Positions 16,887 to 26,008 of a stretch of DNA of 37,829 nucleotides are shown here, in pieces. The DNA comes from a virus (taxonomy: Duplodnaviria; Caudoviricetes), in the IMG/VR virus record IMGVR_UViG_3300020592_000105, positions 1-37,829 of that record. One strand, 5' to 3'. The stretch's first letter is position 1. Every line of letters begins with the position of its first letter. The notes beneath the pieces were generated by a model. The model searched no databases, was not told the DNA's origin, and saw nothing but the letters and a program-made list of their open reading frames with translations. Made by a program: the position numbers and the translations under genes.

Positions 16887-17954
16887 TTACGAGCGCTTGT
16901 TTCGGCGCTCGTAGACGCTGCGGGTGTCGATGACGTCCGCGTCTGCGGAGCGTGCGCGGGACGGGGCAAGCCTCGCTGAAGCCGAAGTCGCCGAGACAGC
17001 TGCCGCGCCGCGAGCCAGGACCTCGCTGCGGACCTTCGCGCGGATGGTCTTGGCGCGCGCGCCAAGCTTAACGAGATCGTCGACAGTCTTGGTCAGGCCA
17101 TACGAAGCCGCAATCGAGCGGACCTTTCGGATTTCTTCGTCCTCGGCCTTCTGCTCTTCTACGGTCAGCTCCTCGTCGTCGTTGCGCTCGCCGCGCTCCT
17201 TGTCCTCGAGGGCTTCCGGGTCGATCTCGCGAATCCTGCGGGCGCGTTCCAGAAGGGCCGCGTCCGCCTCTTCGCCGGCGGCTTCGATGGCTTCGTCCAG
17301 TGCGGCGATAGCTTCTTCAGCGGCAACGACGGCCTGTTCGAGTTCGTCCATGGTAGTCTCCTCAGATCGAGCGGTTTGGTTGCGCAGCTTCGGCGCGGGA
17401 TATGCCCGGGGATCGGTCCCGCGGACGGAGGCGTTGGGATCTGCCCCGACTGGCACCATCGACGCGTCGAGGAGGATGGTGCGATGCGCGACCGCGAGCG
17501 GGACGTTACCCGGACGGTCGGTGACCTCGTAGTCGGTCGCGTAATAGGTGGCGCTGATGTTGCCGAGGAAGCCTTCGGCGATGTCTGCCGCCAGGTCCTT
17601 GTGTAAGTTCGACAAGGTGGCGCGGCCCACGACTTTCTGACCTTCGGCGCGAATGTCGTCGACGCGCCCCAGGACAGTTTTGCGGATGTCGCCGTGGCTG
17701 TCGTGGTTGTTGACCAGCGGCATGCGAGGGGACTGCGAAAGGTCGAGGCCGGAGGCCAGCAGGATTTCGTCAGCCTCGATGTAGACGTTGGTGCGCGGGT
17801 CGAGGATGTGCGTCCTGACCGGATGCTCCGTGTAGATCGTCACGTCAAAGGAGCGGCCGTCTTCCGACACCGTCGTCGGCGCGGACGCGAAGGCACGCGT
17901 CCGCACATGCGAGCGCTGCTGGTCCTTCCGAGGCTGTCTGGTAGGCTTCGCCAT
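16887..17954 (-). CDS. HK97-type prohead protease fused to scaffold
   Basis: PLVNNHD (His), GNISATY (Ser), DASMVPVGADP; acidic coiled-coil C-terminal half with possible internal start MDELEQ. Confidence 0.85.
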   Translation of the reverse strand: MAKPTRQPRKDQQRSHVRTRAFASAPTTVSEDGRSFDVTIYTEHPVRTHILDPRTNVYIEADEILLASGLDLSQSPRMPLVNNHDSHGDIRKTVLGRVDDIRAEGQKVVGRATLSNLHKDLAADIAEGFLGNISATYYATDYEVTDRPGNVPLAVAHRTILLDASMVPVGADPNASVRGTDPRAYPAPKLRNQTARSEETTMDELEQAVVAAEEAIAALDEAIEAAGEEADAALLERARRIREIDPEALEDKERGERNDDEELTVEEQKAEDEEIRKVRSIAASYGLTKTVDDLVKLGARAKTIRAKVRSEVLARGAAAVSATSASARLAPSRARSADADVIDTRSVYERRNKRS

Positions 17955-18006
17955 CCGTGTCCGTCCGAGACGTGGGTGTCTTCAGAAGGAGCGTGTGGGA
18001 GGCCGC

Positions 18007-18019
18007 TGCATCTTTTAAG
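18007..18019 (-). promoter_or_regulatory. putative late-promoter motif (CTTAAAAGATGCA)
   Basis: 53 nt upstream of protease ATG and just downstream of a terminator; shared motif. Confidence 0.5.
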
Positions 18020-18028
18020 AGCGACGCC

Positions 18029-18065
18029 AAAGAAAAAAAGCGGGGCCGCTGTCGAGGCGGCCCCG
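18029..18065 (-). terminator. Rho-independent terminator
   Basis: 9-bp stem CGGGGCCGC/GCGGCCCCG followed on the minus strand by C-TTTTTTTCTTT. Confidence 0.85.
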
Positions 18066-18197
18066 TTCAAGGTTTCATGCGGACAGGCTAGCGCGAGTCC
18101 TTGCCGTGGCCGTCCGGCCACAGGTTTCGGGCGTAGAGCTCGCCGAAGTCATCGCAGCGAAGGTCCCACAGCCAGCGCAGGAAGCGAAGCGCCCGGG

Positions 18198-18743
18198 TCA
18201 ATGCTTCGAACTCGGGTCGGCCGGATACTCCGTCCAGACGAACTCGTCGCCGGTCCGCAGGCAGCGGTCACGCTCGCGCATGTAGAGCACTTCGTAGCGC
18301 TGGCCCGTCTTCTGCTGGAACTGCAGCAGCGAGACGTAGGCAGGCATGACATGCGTGAAGATGCGGGTCTGCAGCTTGGCCTTCGACCAGTTCACGTCGA
18401 CGAACACGGGCTTGGCGTGGCGCTCGAGGGGGTTGCCGTCGTAGACCCGCTGCGGCTTCATCGTCTCGTCGTCGGGCACGAAATATACACACGGCGACCA
18501 GAAGGGCTTGATGTGCCCGTAGCCCGCAGCGAGCGGAACGACAGTCATCCGGCGGGCATACGTCCGGTAGTGACCCGGCAAGGTTTCGGCGCCGTCAGCG
18601 AGGTGCCAGCCCTCGGGCGCATTGCCGTTCGCGAAGCGGTAGTCGATGCCGGAAGAGGCATAGCTGGGCAACGGCTTGGCATGCGCGGCGAGGACGCGGG
18701 CGATGTTCGCGGCGATGGTGCGATCGAAGTTGGTAGCATTCAT
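18198..18743 (-). CDS. hypothetical protein (moron between portal and protease)
   Basis: 181 aa, AGGAGA RBS, AT-rich upstream region and its own terminator. Confidence 0.75.
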   Translation of the reverse strand: MNATNFDRTIAANIARVLAAHAKPLPSYASSGIDYRFANGNAPEGWHLADGAETLPGHYRTYARRMTVVPLAAGYGHIKPFWSPCVYFVPDDETMKPQRVYDGNPLERHAKPVFVDVNWSKAKLQTRIFTHVMPAYVSLLQFQQKTGQRYEVLYMRERDRCLRTGDEFVWTEYPADPSSKH

Positions 18744-18866
18744 GGGCAGTCTCCTGTTGCTGGCGGCTGGCGCGTTGGCGTCTGCGGCGTGGCGACAGAG
18801 ATTCCCGAAAACGAATCCTTTGACAAGATCTCATGATACGAAAAGCACAAAAAAATCAAGTAGTTA

Positions 18867-18911
18867 GTTACAAACTGCATATGTTATGCGGTTTCATATG
18901 CAGTTTGTAAC
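18867..18911. repeat. perfect 17-bp inverted repeat with 11-bp spacer
   Basis: GTTACAAACTGCATATG-TTATGCGGTTT-CATATGCAGTTTGTAAC in an AT-rich island. Confidence 0.9.
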
Positions 18912-18951
18912 AGGTAGTTACCGACTCTAATGAAGCCCGGAAAGGACTCGT

Positions 18952-19140
18952 TCACCTTGAATCCTTGAGCGCGGCTCTTGCGTAGCCGGGGGAAACGCAG
19001 GCCAGCGCCTGCGCGAGGGCAGCCCGAGCCTCGTCGCGCTGCCGGGCGAGCGTCAGCACGGCAGCCGCGAGGTCTTCATAGGACGGCATGGAAGCATTCG
19101 CGCCGGATGACGCCGACTTGGCTACGGACTGCGCTGTCAT
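18952..19140 (-). CDS. small coiled-coil hypothetical protein
   Basis: ATGA-coupled to the portal stop. Confidence 0.5.
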   Translation of the reverse strand: MTAQSVAKSASSGANASMPSYEDLAAAVLTLARQRDEARAALAQALACVSPGYARAALKDSR

Positions 19141-20720
19141 TCAGGCTGCTCTCCGTCGTCTTCAGGATCGGTTTGCGGATCGACCTCAACAGCCTCACGC
19201 TCCGCGCGGGCTTCGGCGACGGCAGCTAATCCGGGGTAGACCGGATAGGCCAGCTTCTTCTCCGCGGCGCGCTTCTGGTCCGCCTCGTTCTCGGCGTCGA
19301 TGTCTTCCACGTCCTCGCCGAACTGAGCGGCCACGCGTTTGCGTGAGGTGAAGCCGTTGGTGACGGCCTTGGCGAAGGCTTCGATCTCTTGAACCGGATG
19401 GACGTGCCCGCGTGCTGGCGGCATCCACTCGACTTCGGCCATGTCCTCGAAGTCAACGCCCTCGGGCAGCTCCCACAGGCCCACGGCCAGCACCGCCGAA
19501 AGGAAGCGCCGCCAGACCGGGTCGCACAGCTGCGCGACCATCATGTGATACTGCAGGCTCTCGATGTAGCGCTGCATCTCGAGCATCGCCGAGCGCACCT
19601 GACGGTCGTTCAGGTACTGGAAATTCAGGGTGACGCATTCGACGGCTAGGCCCATCGAGACGGCCAACGCCGACAAGTTCTCGCGGCGGTAGGGGGCGTA
19701 GTTGGAGTCGGTGGCCGTCGGCTGCTCCAGCTTGAAGTCGTAGTCGTCGGGAGCGACCAGGATTGTGTTTGGTTCCATCGGGTCGATGGTCGGGGCCTCG
19801 ACTTCCTCCTCGTCGTCACCGATCTCGCCGTTGTCCTCGGCCTGCAGCCGCGGCTTCTTCAGGACGCCGATGAAGTTCGCCTGACCTTTCTTGCGCTCCA
19901 GCTCGGCGATCTCGTAGGTACGCAGCGACTCGGACGTATTGAGCGCCGACGCACCCCACGGATAGCCGCGCGTCCCGGTGAAGCGGTCGGGCATGTAGAC
20001 GTGCATGATGTCATGCGCGGGCACACGCTTGGGCAGCGCCGAATTGCCGTGTCCGAGCCACTGGTCCTTGGGGTGGTAGTCGAGCAGCCAGTAAGCAACT
20101 ACGCGCTCGATCGGGTCCTGCTCCACGCCGGACGTCACGCGATTGTTTCCGTTCAGCTTCGTCTCGTCCAGTGGCAAGTGGTCAGCCTCCATGAGCTGGA
20201 GCTGAAGCGGAACGCCGCTGCGCATGTCTTCCTTGCGGCGGTCGCGGAAGCGCACGATGGCCTCTCCGTCCCTTGGCACCGTCAGCGCGACGGCCCACTG
20301 GATGGCGTAGAAGTCGAGCTTGCCGCGGACGTCTGCCTCGCGCACCCATCGTTTCCACAGCTTCAGGAGCTTCTTGTCCTTGATGACGGGCTTGATGCCG
20401 TAATGCACGGTGTTGTTGGCGACCTGCCGACAGGCTTGACGGTAGAAGGGGTCGTTGGCGTACGTCCAGCGGCTGCGCATGCGTACGCGCTCGATCTCGG
20501 AGTTGGCCGAGTTCGGGCCGCTATCGACGGCCTTTACGAGGCGCAGCGCGTTAGAGGCGGCTTCGAAGAACGTCTTGGCCGCCGTGAACAGCGAGCTCGT
20601 CCCATTGAAGAAGGCGGAGCGGACGGAGTAGCCGTGGCTGTTGGCGACGCGCGTCCGGGATACGGAAGGCACGCCAGAACCCTTTGCGGCAGGCTTGGAC
20701 CGGGTTTTTGGAGCGGCCAT
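19137..20720 (-). CDS. portal protein (lambda gpB family)
   Basis: RSRW...NDP, DGEAIVR, PLQLQLMEADHL, GVE.D...R.VAYW, RGYPW, W.PP...HVHP..E, GFTSR motifs; start re-called at ATG 20720. Confidence 0.92.
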   Translation of the reverse strand: MAAPKTRSKPAAKGSGVPSVSRTRVANSHGYSVRSAFFNGTSSLFTAAKTFFEAASNALRLVKAVDSGPNSANSEIERVRMRSRWTYANDPFYRQACRQVANNTVHYGIKPVIKDKKLLKLWKRWVREADVRGKLDFYAIQWAVALTVPRDGEAIVRFRDRRKEDMRSGVPLQLQLMEADHLPLDETKLNGNNRVTSGVEQDPIERVVAYWLLDYHPKDQWLGHGNSALPKRVPAHDIMHVYMPDRFTGTRGYPWGASALNTSESLRTYEIAELERKKGQANFIGVLKKPRLQAEDNGEIGDDEEEVEAPTIDPMEPNTILVAPDDYDFKLEQPTATDSNYAPYRRENLSALAVSMGLAVECVTLNFQYLNDRQVRSAMLEMQRYIESLQYHMMVAQLCDPVWRRFLSAVLAVGLWELPEGVDFEDMAEVEWMPPARGHVHPVQEIEAFAKAVTNGFTSRKRVAAQFGEDVEDIDAENEADQKRAAEKKLAYPVYPGLAAVAEARAEREAVEVDPQTDPEDDGEQPE

Positions 20721-20722
20721 GG

Positions 20723-20965
20723 TTACAGCCCCCTGCGAGAGATGACAGTGATAAAGGAGATGGGGGACTTGCGCTTGCGGCCCGTCTTGATTTCGGCGAT
20801 GCGGTTGTAGAGATGGGCCGCGATCCGTTCGGCTTCGTCGAGCGATTTCCACTGGACGCTTTGGCCCTGGAAGGTGGACGAGTTCGCACCCGTCGCGACT
20901 GCCTCCTCGAGCGCTTCGAGCATGCCTTCGCACCATTCAAGATTGCGCGTCCGGAACAGCCTCAT
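20723..20965 (-). CDS. head-tail joining protein (gpW-like)
   Basis: LEALEEAVATGA.S.TFQGQSVQWKSLDE; between terminase and portal. Confidence 0.8.
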   Translation of the reverse strand: MRLFRTRNLEWCEGMLEALEEAVATGANSSTFQGQSVQWKSLDEAERIAAHLYNRIAEIKTGRKRKSPISFITVISRRGL

Positions 20966-20966
20966 A

Positions 20967-23105
20967 CTACCACCTCGACCTGACGACCTTCACGGCCCGG
21001 CTCTTCTTCCGCTTCTTCACGCCCTCGGACCGGGGAACCGCCATCGGCTCGGCCGTCTGCGCAGGTTTGAAGGAGTCTTTCGCCGGGGCTTCCGCCAGCG
21101 GCTTGGAGTCCTGCGCTGCCTCCGCGGCGACCGATCTGTCGGGACCGTGATAGACGTCTTCAAGCAATTCCCCGGTATCGGGATCGTGCGGAGGCAGCTC
21201 AGCTATTCCGGCACGCCGCGCTGCATCATTTAAGTCGCGCCACTGGCGGAAGCTGGCCTGCAGTCCGCAAAGCGCGGCATAGGCGTAGACGAGGCAATCC
21301 CACGCCTCTCCGGTGTTCGCCCCCTTGCGCTTCCAGAAGCGGTTTCCCTTCTTGTCGACCATCAGCTTCTCGGCGGCAATGTCGTCGAAGTAGCCGGGCG
21401 GAAGCGTCATGGGGAACATCGGGCCGCCGGGGCCGCGGGCCAGCAGCAGGCGGCCGACGGCGTCCTTCGCGAGCTGGGTGTCGATCATGTACCACTGCGC
21501 CCCGCCGCGGGCCGCGCGGGATACCTTCTTCGGCCACACGGAGGCGCTGCGGGCGCCGAGCCTCACGTTGCGGCCCTTGACCGCCCACACATTCTCCCTG
21601 CGCCTGACGGCGGCGTATGCCTTCACCTGGTCGCCGTAGTGACCGCCCATGTCGATGGCTTCGGCCTGCACCCGCATTGCCGTCCCGTCGCGCTTCCGGT
21701 ACGGACGGCGGCGGATTTCGTCGATGCGCGCGTCAGCAGCCGCGTCTCCCGGCTCTCCCTCGACGACCCAATGGCCGATGACGCGTGGCATCTTGTAGCG
21801 GTTGAAGCCGACGACGCTGACCTCGCGCGACGCGATCTGGTCCGCGATCCCGTCCTTCAGGCCCTCCTTATTGGACTGCGTGTCCACGCCCATCACGAGC
21901 ACGACGACGTCGTCCGGGACTTCGGCCGGATAGGCGACCTGCTGCGACTGCAGCGAGTCAGCGTCGAGCGACTGTCCGCCGAGATCATCCCACGGCTCGG
22001 CCATGACGTTGTTGATGAAGCGCTTCAGCTCGTCGACGTTGCCGTTGGCCTTCGCCTCCTGCGCCGACAGCCACTGCGCGGCCAGCTTGCGCCATCCGGC
22101 CTGCGGTGCCATCGAGTGCCAGGCGGGCCAGTGAAAGCCGCGGTGGCCGGGTCGGTTCGGGACCGGGTTCATGGCGATGTACTCGCCTGCCTCGACCATA
22201 GCCTCCTTGTGCTCTTCGCCAATGCGGCAGCCGTTCTCGCCCTCGCACTGGTACCAGCAGTCGACGACGTGACCCTTCTGGTCAGTCTTCCAGCGGAAGC
22301 CGTAGGGGGTCTTGTCCGACCCCCACTTGAGATACTGCACCGTGCCGCAGTGCGGACAGGCGACGTGCAGGCGCTCCTGCGTGGACTTCTGGAATTCCCT
22401 CCAGACCAGCGACGTGTGCCGTTCCAGGGGGGTGCTGCCGACCCACAGGATGGGATGCGCGAAGGCGGTGCCGCGGTCGCGGTAGAGGGCCAACTTGTCG
22501 CCCTGCGTGCGCTTCTCGCCCTTCGACTGCCATCCCTCGGCGTCCGCTTCGTCGGCCATTTGCCATTCAGCGCTGATGCGTCGGAACGCGTCGTCGGAGG
22601 CAGCCCCGCGCATGTAGAGCTTGCCGCCGTTCCGGAAGCGGTGCTCGTCCCAGGTGTCCGCCGCTTCGCCACGCTTCGGGGTTCGTCGGATGCCGACGAA
22701 GAACTTCTCGCTGAAGTGGGGCTCGATCTGGTCCTTATAGTAGCCTTCCGCGTCGCCGTCGGTCGGCTGGGTGACGATGACCGACAGGGCGAGGTAGGAC
22801 ACGCCGTAGAACAGCATCGCCTTCATGAACGTCGACCAGCCGACCTGAACGCCCTTCAGCACGGTGATCTGGTCGGTCTGCGGGTCCATGGCAGCATGCG
22901 CGACGGGGCGCTGGAACCCGGTCATCTGCATCGGCCCCTTGCGGAAGCCCGTCTGGATTTCGATGCTCTCCTTCGCCCAGACCACCGGGTCCATGAACGG
23001 AGGCTCCTGCAGCGCCGTGTCGCGCAGGTCGTCCATCGCCGCGTGGAAGGCGGCGAGGCCGTCCGCGAGGTCGAGGTGCCCGAATGTCGCCTCGTCGAGA
23101 TACAA
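20967..23105 (-). CDS. terminase large subunit (lambda gpA family)
   Basis: KGVQVGWS Walker A-like, MADEAD Walker B, GSTP, CPHCG zinc motif, GVDTQ and AIDMGGH nuclease motifs, EAWDCLVYAYAA. Confidence 0.95.
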   Translation of the reverse strand: MYLDEATFGHLDLADGLAAFHAAMDDLRDTALQEPPFMDPVVWAKESIEIQTGFRKGPMQMTGFQRPVAHAAMDPQTDQITVLKGVQVGWSTFMKAMLFYGVSYLALSVIVTQPTDGDAEGYYKDQIEPHFSEKFFVGIRRTPKRGEAADTWDEHRFRNGGKLYMRGAASDDAFRRISAEWQMADEADAEGWQSKGEKRTQGDKLALYRDRGTAFAHPILWVGSTPLERHTSLVWREFQKSTQERLHVACPHCGTVQYLKWGSDKTPYGFRWKTDQKGHVVDCWYQCEGENGCRIGEEHKEAMVEAGEYIAMNPVPNRPGHRGFHWPAWHSMAPQAGWRKLAAQWLSAQEAKANGNVDELKRFINNVMAEPWDDLGGQSLDADSLQSQQVAYPAEVPDDVVVLVMGVDTQSNKEGLKDGIADQIASREVSVVGFNRYKMPRVIGHWVVEGEPGDAAADARIDEIRRRPYRKRDGTAMRVQAEAIDMGGHYGDQVKAYAAVRRRENVWAVKGRNVRLGARSASVWPKKVSRAARGGAQWYMIDTQLAKDAVGRLLLARGPGGPMFPMTLPPGYFDDIAAEKLMVDKKGNRFWKRKGANTGEAWDCLVYAYAALCGLQASFRQWRDLNDAARRAGIAELPPHDPDTGELLEDVYHGPDRSVAAEAAQDSKPLAEAPAKDSFKPAQTAEPMAVPRSEGVKKRKKSRAVKVVRSRW

Positions 23106-23109
23106 GGGG

Positions 23110-23739
23110 CTACTCTCCGTCTGGAGGCGACAGGCTCCGGTCTGCCTTCAGCGCCTTAAGGGCATTGCGCACCTGCTCGTCGGCGATGGCGCGGACGCTG
23201 TCGGAGACGCGCTGCTCGACGCGCCCGGCGATCGCGTCCGGCACGGCCATCATGCGGCTCTTGATTTCATTGTAGTCGGAGGCCACCCGGTCGATGACGG
23301 CGGAGATGCGAACGACGGTGCGCAGCGTCTCGGCGGCTTCCACTTCGGCGATGATGGCCTGCGCCACGGCGCGCCTGCGCTTGGCCTCGTCCTCGCTGGT
23401 CACGCCGTCGCCGGCTGCGCCCAGCTTCTCGGCGGCAGCGTCGGCGGCACGCTTCTCCATCCAGCGCACGACTTCGCCAAGGTCGAGCACCCACGCCCGA
23501 CCGAGATCGCGGTCGGCCTTCTCCACATAAGGGCAGCCCTGGTCGAGCCACTTGGTCAGCGTGTTGCGGTCGCGGTCGAGCAGCGACGCCGCTTCCTTCA
23601 GGCTAACGTAGCGCGATTTCGCCGCCTCGCGCCGCGCGGCCGACACGGGTGCTGAATCCTTGTCGGGTGTGCTGTCCGGAACCTCTGCGCCGGAGAGCAA
23701 ATCCAGCATCTCCTGCGACTTCTTCGTGCGTCTCGCCAT
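23110..23739 (-). CDS. terminase small subunit (Nu1-like)
   Basis: VSLKEAASLLDRDRNTLTKWLDQGCP winged HTH and helical C-terminus; start re-called at ATG 23739. Confidence 0.9.
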   Translation of the reverse strand: MARRTKKSQEMLDLLSGAEVPDSTPDKDSAPVSAARREAAKSRYVSLKEAASLLDRDRNTLTKWLDQGCPYVEKADRDLGRAWVLDLGEVVRWMEKRAADAAAEKLGAAGDGVTSEDEAKRRRAVAQAIIAEVEAAETLRTVVRISAVIDRVASDYNEIKSRMMAVPDAIAGRVEQRVSDSVRAIADEQVRNALKALKADRSLSPPDGE

Positions 23740-23788
23740 GCCGTGAACTCCAACGGAAAACGTTGGATTCATTGGGCGGAGCGCCACC

Positions 23789-23801
23789 TGCATCATTCAA
23801 G
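23789..23801 (-). promoter_or_regulatory. putative late-promoter motif (CTTGAATGATGCA)
   Basis: 50 nt upstream of terminase small subunit ATG; shared motif. Confidence 0.5.
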
Positions 23802-23840
23802 CTCGCGGCTAAGCCGGCAAGGAGTGGTGATGATGACGTC

Positions 23841-23920
23841 TCTAGAAAATTTTTGCAGCGAGCGACACGGTGGGGTCGCCAATTACCCGCATTCCATCAG
23901 GGGCCTCAGGGTCCCCCAAG
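23841..23920 (-). other. putative cos/packaging initiation region
   Basis: Non-coding, upstream of Nu1-like gene; minus strand GGGGGACCCT...GCGGGTAATT...ACCCC resembles, from memory, sequences before small terminases of lambda-type phages. Confidence 0.45.
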
Positions 23921-23927
23921 ATCGAAA

Positions 23928-24515
23928 TCAGCTGTCGATCGTGGTTGCCGTGCGGAGCAGCCCCATTACGGTGGCGAGTTCTGCCCTCCGGACGAGGAAC
24001 GGCATGCGGGTAGTCCCGTAGTGCTTCGCAAGGTGAAAGCGGTGCACGCCGCCGACGATGTGGATTTGTTGTTTATATTGGGTCAAAACGGGCGGCGTGA
24101 CCCCAAGGCCCTTAACCCAGCGGTACACGATCCCACAGCTCTTGGCCTTGAACGGTTCATCCCACGGACCCCGATCCCGGCTTGAGATGTAGGTCAGCAT
24201 ACCATCAACCTCGGAGACATCCGCCTCGATCAAGGTGAAGTCTGTCGTAGGATGATCTTCAGGATTATCGCCGTCAAACGCAAGATAGATGCGCGAGGGC
24301 TCGGTGTCCCAAACCGCCTCGAGGTCGGTCGGGATATTGTTCATATCCTTGCACCAACGTTCGACATCGCGTCTCTCCTGGGCGCGGGCCACCTCGAACG
24401 TCTCATTGAGCTTTCCAGCGGCAACGGCCATAGCCGTTACTTTATCCAGGCCGAGCCCAATCAAACGGTTGACTTCGTCCGTACTCGTCACGTCTTCTAC
24501 CCCCGTCGAGTTCAT
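23928..24515 (-). CDS. ParB/sulfiredoxin-like domain protein
   Basis: PPVL...IHIVGGVHRFHLAKHYGTTRMPFLV matches the ParB-N GxHR box; lower GC; real start may be GTG 24491. Confidence 0.6.
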   Translation of the reverse strand: MNSTGVEDVTSTDEVNRLIGLGLDKVTAMAVAAGKLNETFEVARAQERRDVERWCKDMNNIPTDLEAVWDTEPSRIYLAFDGDNPEDHPTTDFTLIEADVSEVDGMLTYISSRDRGPWDEPFKAKSCGIVYRWVKGLGVTPPVLTQYKQQIHIVGGVHRFHLAKHYGTTRMPFLVRRAELATVMGLLRTATTIDS

Positions 24516-24645
24516 GCCGTTTCAGTTCACGCTTCGGAGAGCTGACAGCGTTTTCGCGTCGCTATTGGCCTCTCACGTGCAGATCTCCTCACGCTTCTAA
24601 TGCGGCAATATACGCAAGTAATGGTAGAAAAGTTATTGTAGAGAT

Positions 24646-25200
24646 TCAGATTATCCTCGCATGAGCCAGCACGTCGCCGCTGGCTTCCATCAGCCTCACG
24701 AACGCGGCGTCCGCCTCGTCTCCGGAGATGCGCCCCAAGTCCTCTTCAAGCATCCCTGCAAGCTGGTCTTCCGTCAGCCCGGCACGGCTAGCGGCCTCCG
24801 CTTCATTGAGCCCGTAGAGGCGCATGTGACGTCGCATCTCGAAAGCGTAGTGCTGCAGCTTCTCGACGCTGGCCCGAGCCTGCTCCTCCGGCGTATGCAC
24901 GGCAGGCGCGTTACGCTGCGCCAGTTCGGCTGCCTCCTCGGGCGTGACGTCTCGGACGACAGCATCGCCGGGGTTCCAGAGCGACCGGAAAGCCGCCATT
25001 GCGTAGCCCGGGTCTGACGAGCCGACGAGGCGGTATGGACGTCCAGCCGCCGTCACGCCCGTGAGTGAGGCGACGTCGAACTGAACGAGCGGCGTCGACG
25101 TCCGATAAAGGTCAACGCCCTCGCAGCCGGAGATGATGGGACCGCTCTCGCCGATCATCAGCAGCCCCCAGCGGGAAATTGTGCGTGGTAACTTGGCCAT
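24646..25200 (-). CDS. hypothetical protein with C-terminal HTH
   Basis: AAGGAGG RBS; GLNEAEAASRAGLTEDQLAGML is HTH-like; N-terminal RTSTPL..FD....GVT..GRPYRLVG small domain. Confidence 0.65.
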   Translation of the reverse strand: MAKLPRTISRWGLLMIGESGPIISGCEGVDLYRTSTPLVQFDVASLTGVTAAGRPYRLVGSSDPGYAMAAFRSLWNPGDAVVRDVTPEEAAELAQRNAPAVHTPEEQARASVEKLQHYAFEMRRHMRLYGLNEAEAASRAGLTEDQLAGMLEEDLGRISGDEADAAFVRLMEASGDVLAHARII

Positions 25201-25327
25201 CAAGCCGCCTCCTTGTTGTCTCTCACAAGGGTTGGACGTCGCGACGCGAATTGCAAACCGCCGGCGAAAATTCCGTGGGCCGCAGGTCGGGCCGACCCGA
25301 TCTCGCGCACGAATGACCCCTTTATGC

Positions 25328-25354
25328 CCGACATTTTGTTGACGCTCTTGTCGG
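25328..25354 (+). promoter_or_regulatory. putative -35 (TTGACG) flanked by inverted repeat CCGACA-N15-TGTCGG
   Basis: In the divergent intergenic region between the HTH gene and the DUF488 operon. Confidence 0.35.
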
Positions 25355-25489
25355 AACGACCGGGTTCACGCGTTTCGGCGAAGTTTGGCCAGCCCGGCCC
25401 GGGAAACAATCTGTGACGAGGTGCGGCCTCTTCTCAGGTCGACGCAAGTTCCGAATGCAAGTATTCGGGATGCCAGAAGAAGGAATGCC

Positions 25490-26008
25490 ATGAGAGTCGT
25501 CTATACAATTGGATACGAAGGAACGGACATCGACCGCTTCGTCGCCAGCCTGAAGGCTGTTGGCGTTGAGCGCGTGGCCGACGTCCGTGCCGTAGCCCTG
25601 TCCCGCAAGAAAGGGTTCTCCAAGAAGTCATTGGCCGCTCGTCTTGAGGCGGAGGGCATCGAATACTTTCACTTCATTGATCTTGGGGATCCAAAGCCGG
25701 GTAGAGAGGCCGCGAGAGCAGGACTCTTTGACAAGTTCCGTGCTATTTACTCTGCACACCTTGATTCCGACGACGCTCAGTCGTCCCTCAAGGAGCTGCT
25801 GGCGGTGGCGGGGGAAAAGCCAACGTGCCTGCTGTGCTTCGAGCGCGACCCGGTAACCTGCCACAGGTCCATCGTCGCGGAGGTGATGGCTGACGTGAAC
25901 GGCTTCGAGGTCTTCGACCTCTACGGAGACGATCCCGAACGCTATGTCCGTAACGCCTCAAGACTGCCGCGTCGTCATTCTGGTGAAGGCGCTGCCACAG
26001 CCCAGTAA
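25490..26008 (+). CDS. DUF488 family protein
   Basis: YTIGYEG, DVR...SRKKGFSK, GIEYFHF.DLG, LLCFERDP..CHRS signature. Confidence 0.9.
   Translation: MRVVYTIGYEGTDIDRFVASLKAVGVERVADVRAVALSRKKGFSKKSLAARLEAEGIEYFHFIDLGDPKPGREAARAGLFDKFRAIYSAHLDSDDAQSSLKELLAVAGEKPTCLLCFERDPVTCHRSIVAEVMADVNGFEVFDLYGDDPERYVRNASRLPRRHSGEGAATAQ

Noticed and set aside
18867-18911. Protelomerase telRL or XerCD dif site
   Set aside because: The 11-bp asymmetric centre is unlike the near-perfect tel palindromes, no protelomerase is in the window, and the spacing does not fit GCATAA-N6-TTATG of dif; kept only as an unexplained inverted repeat
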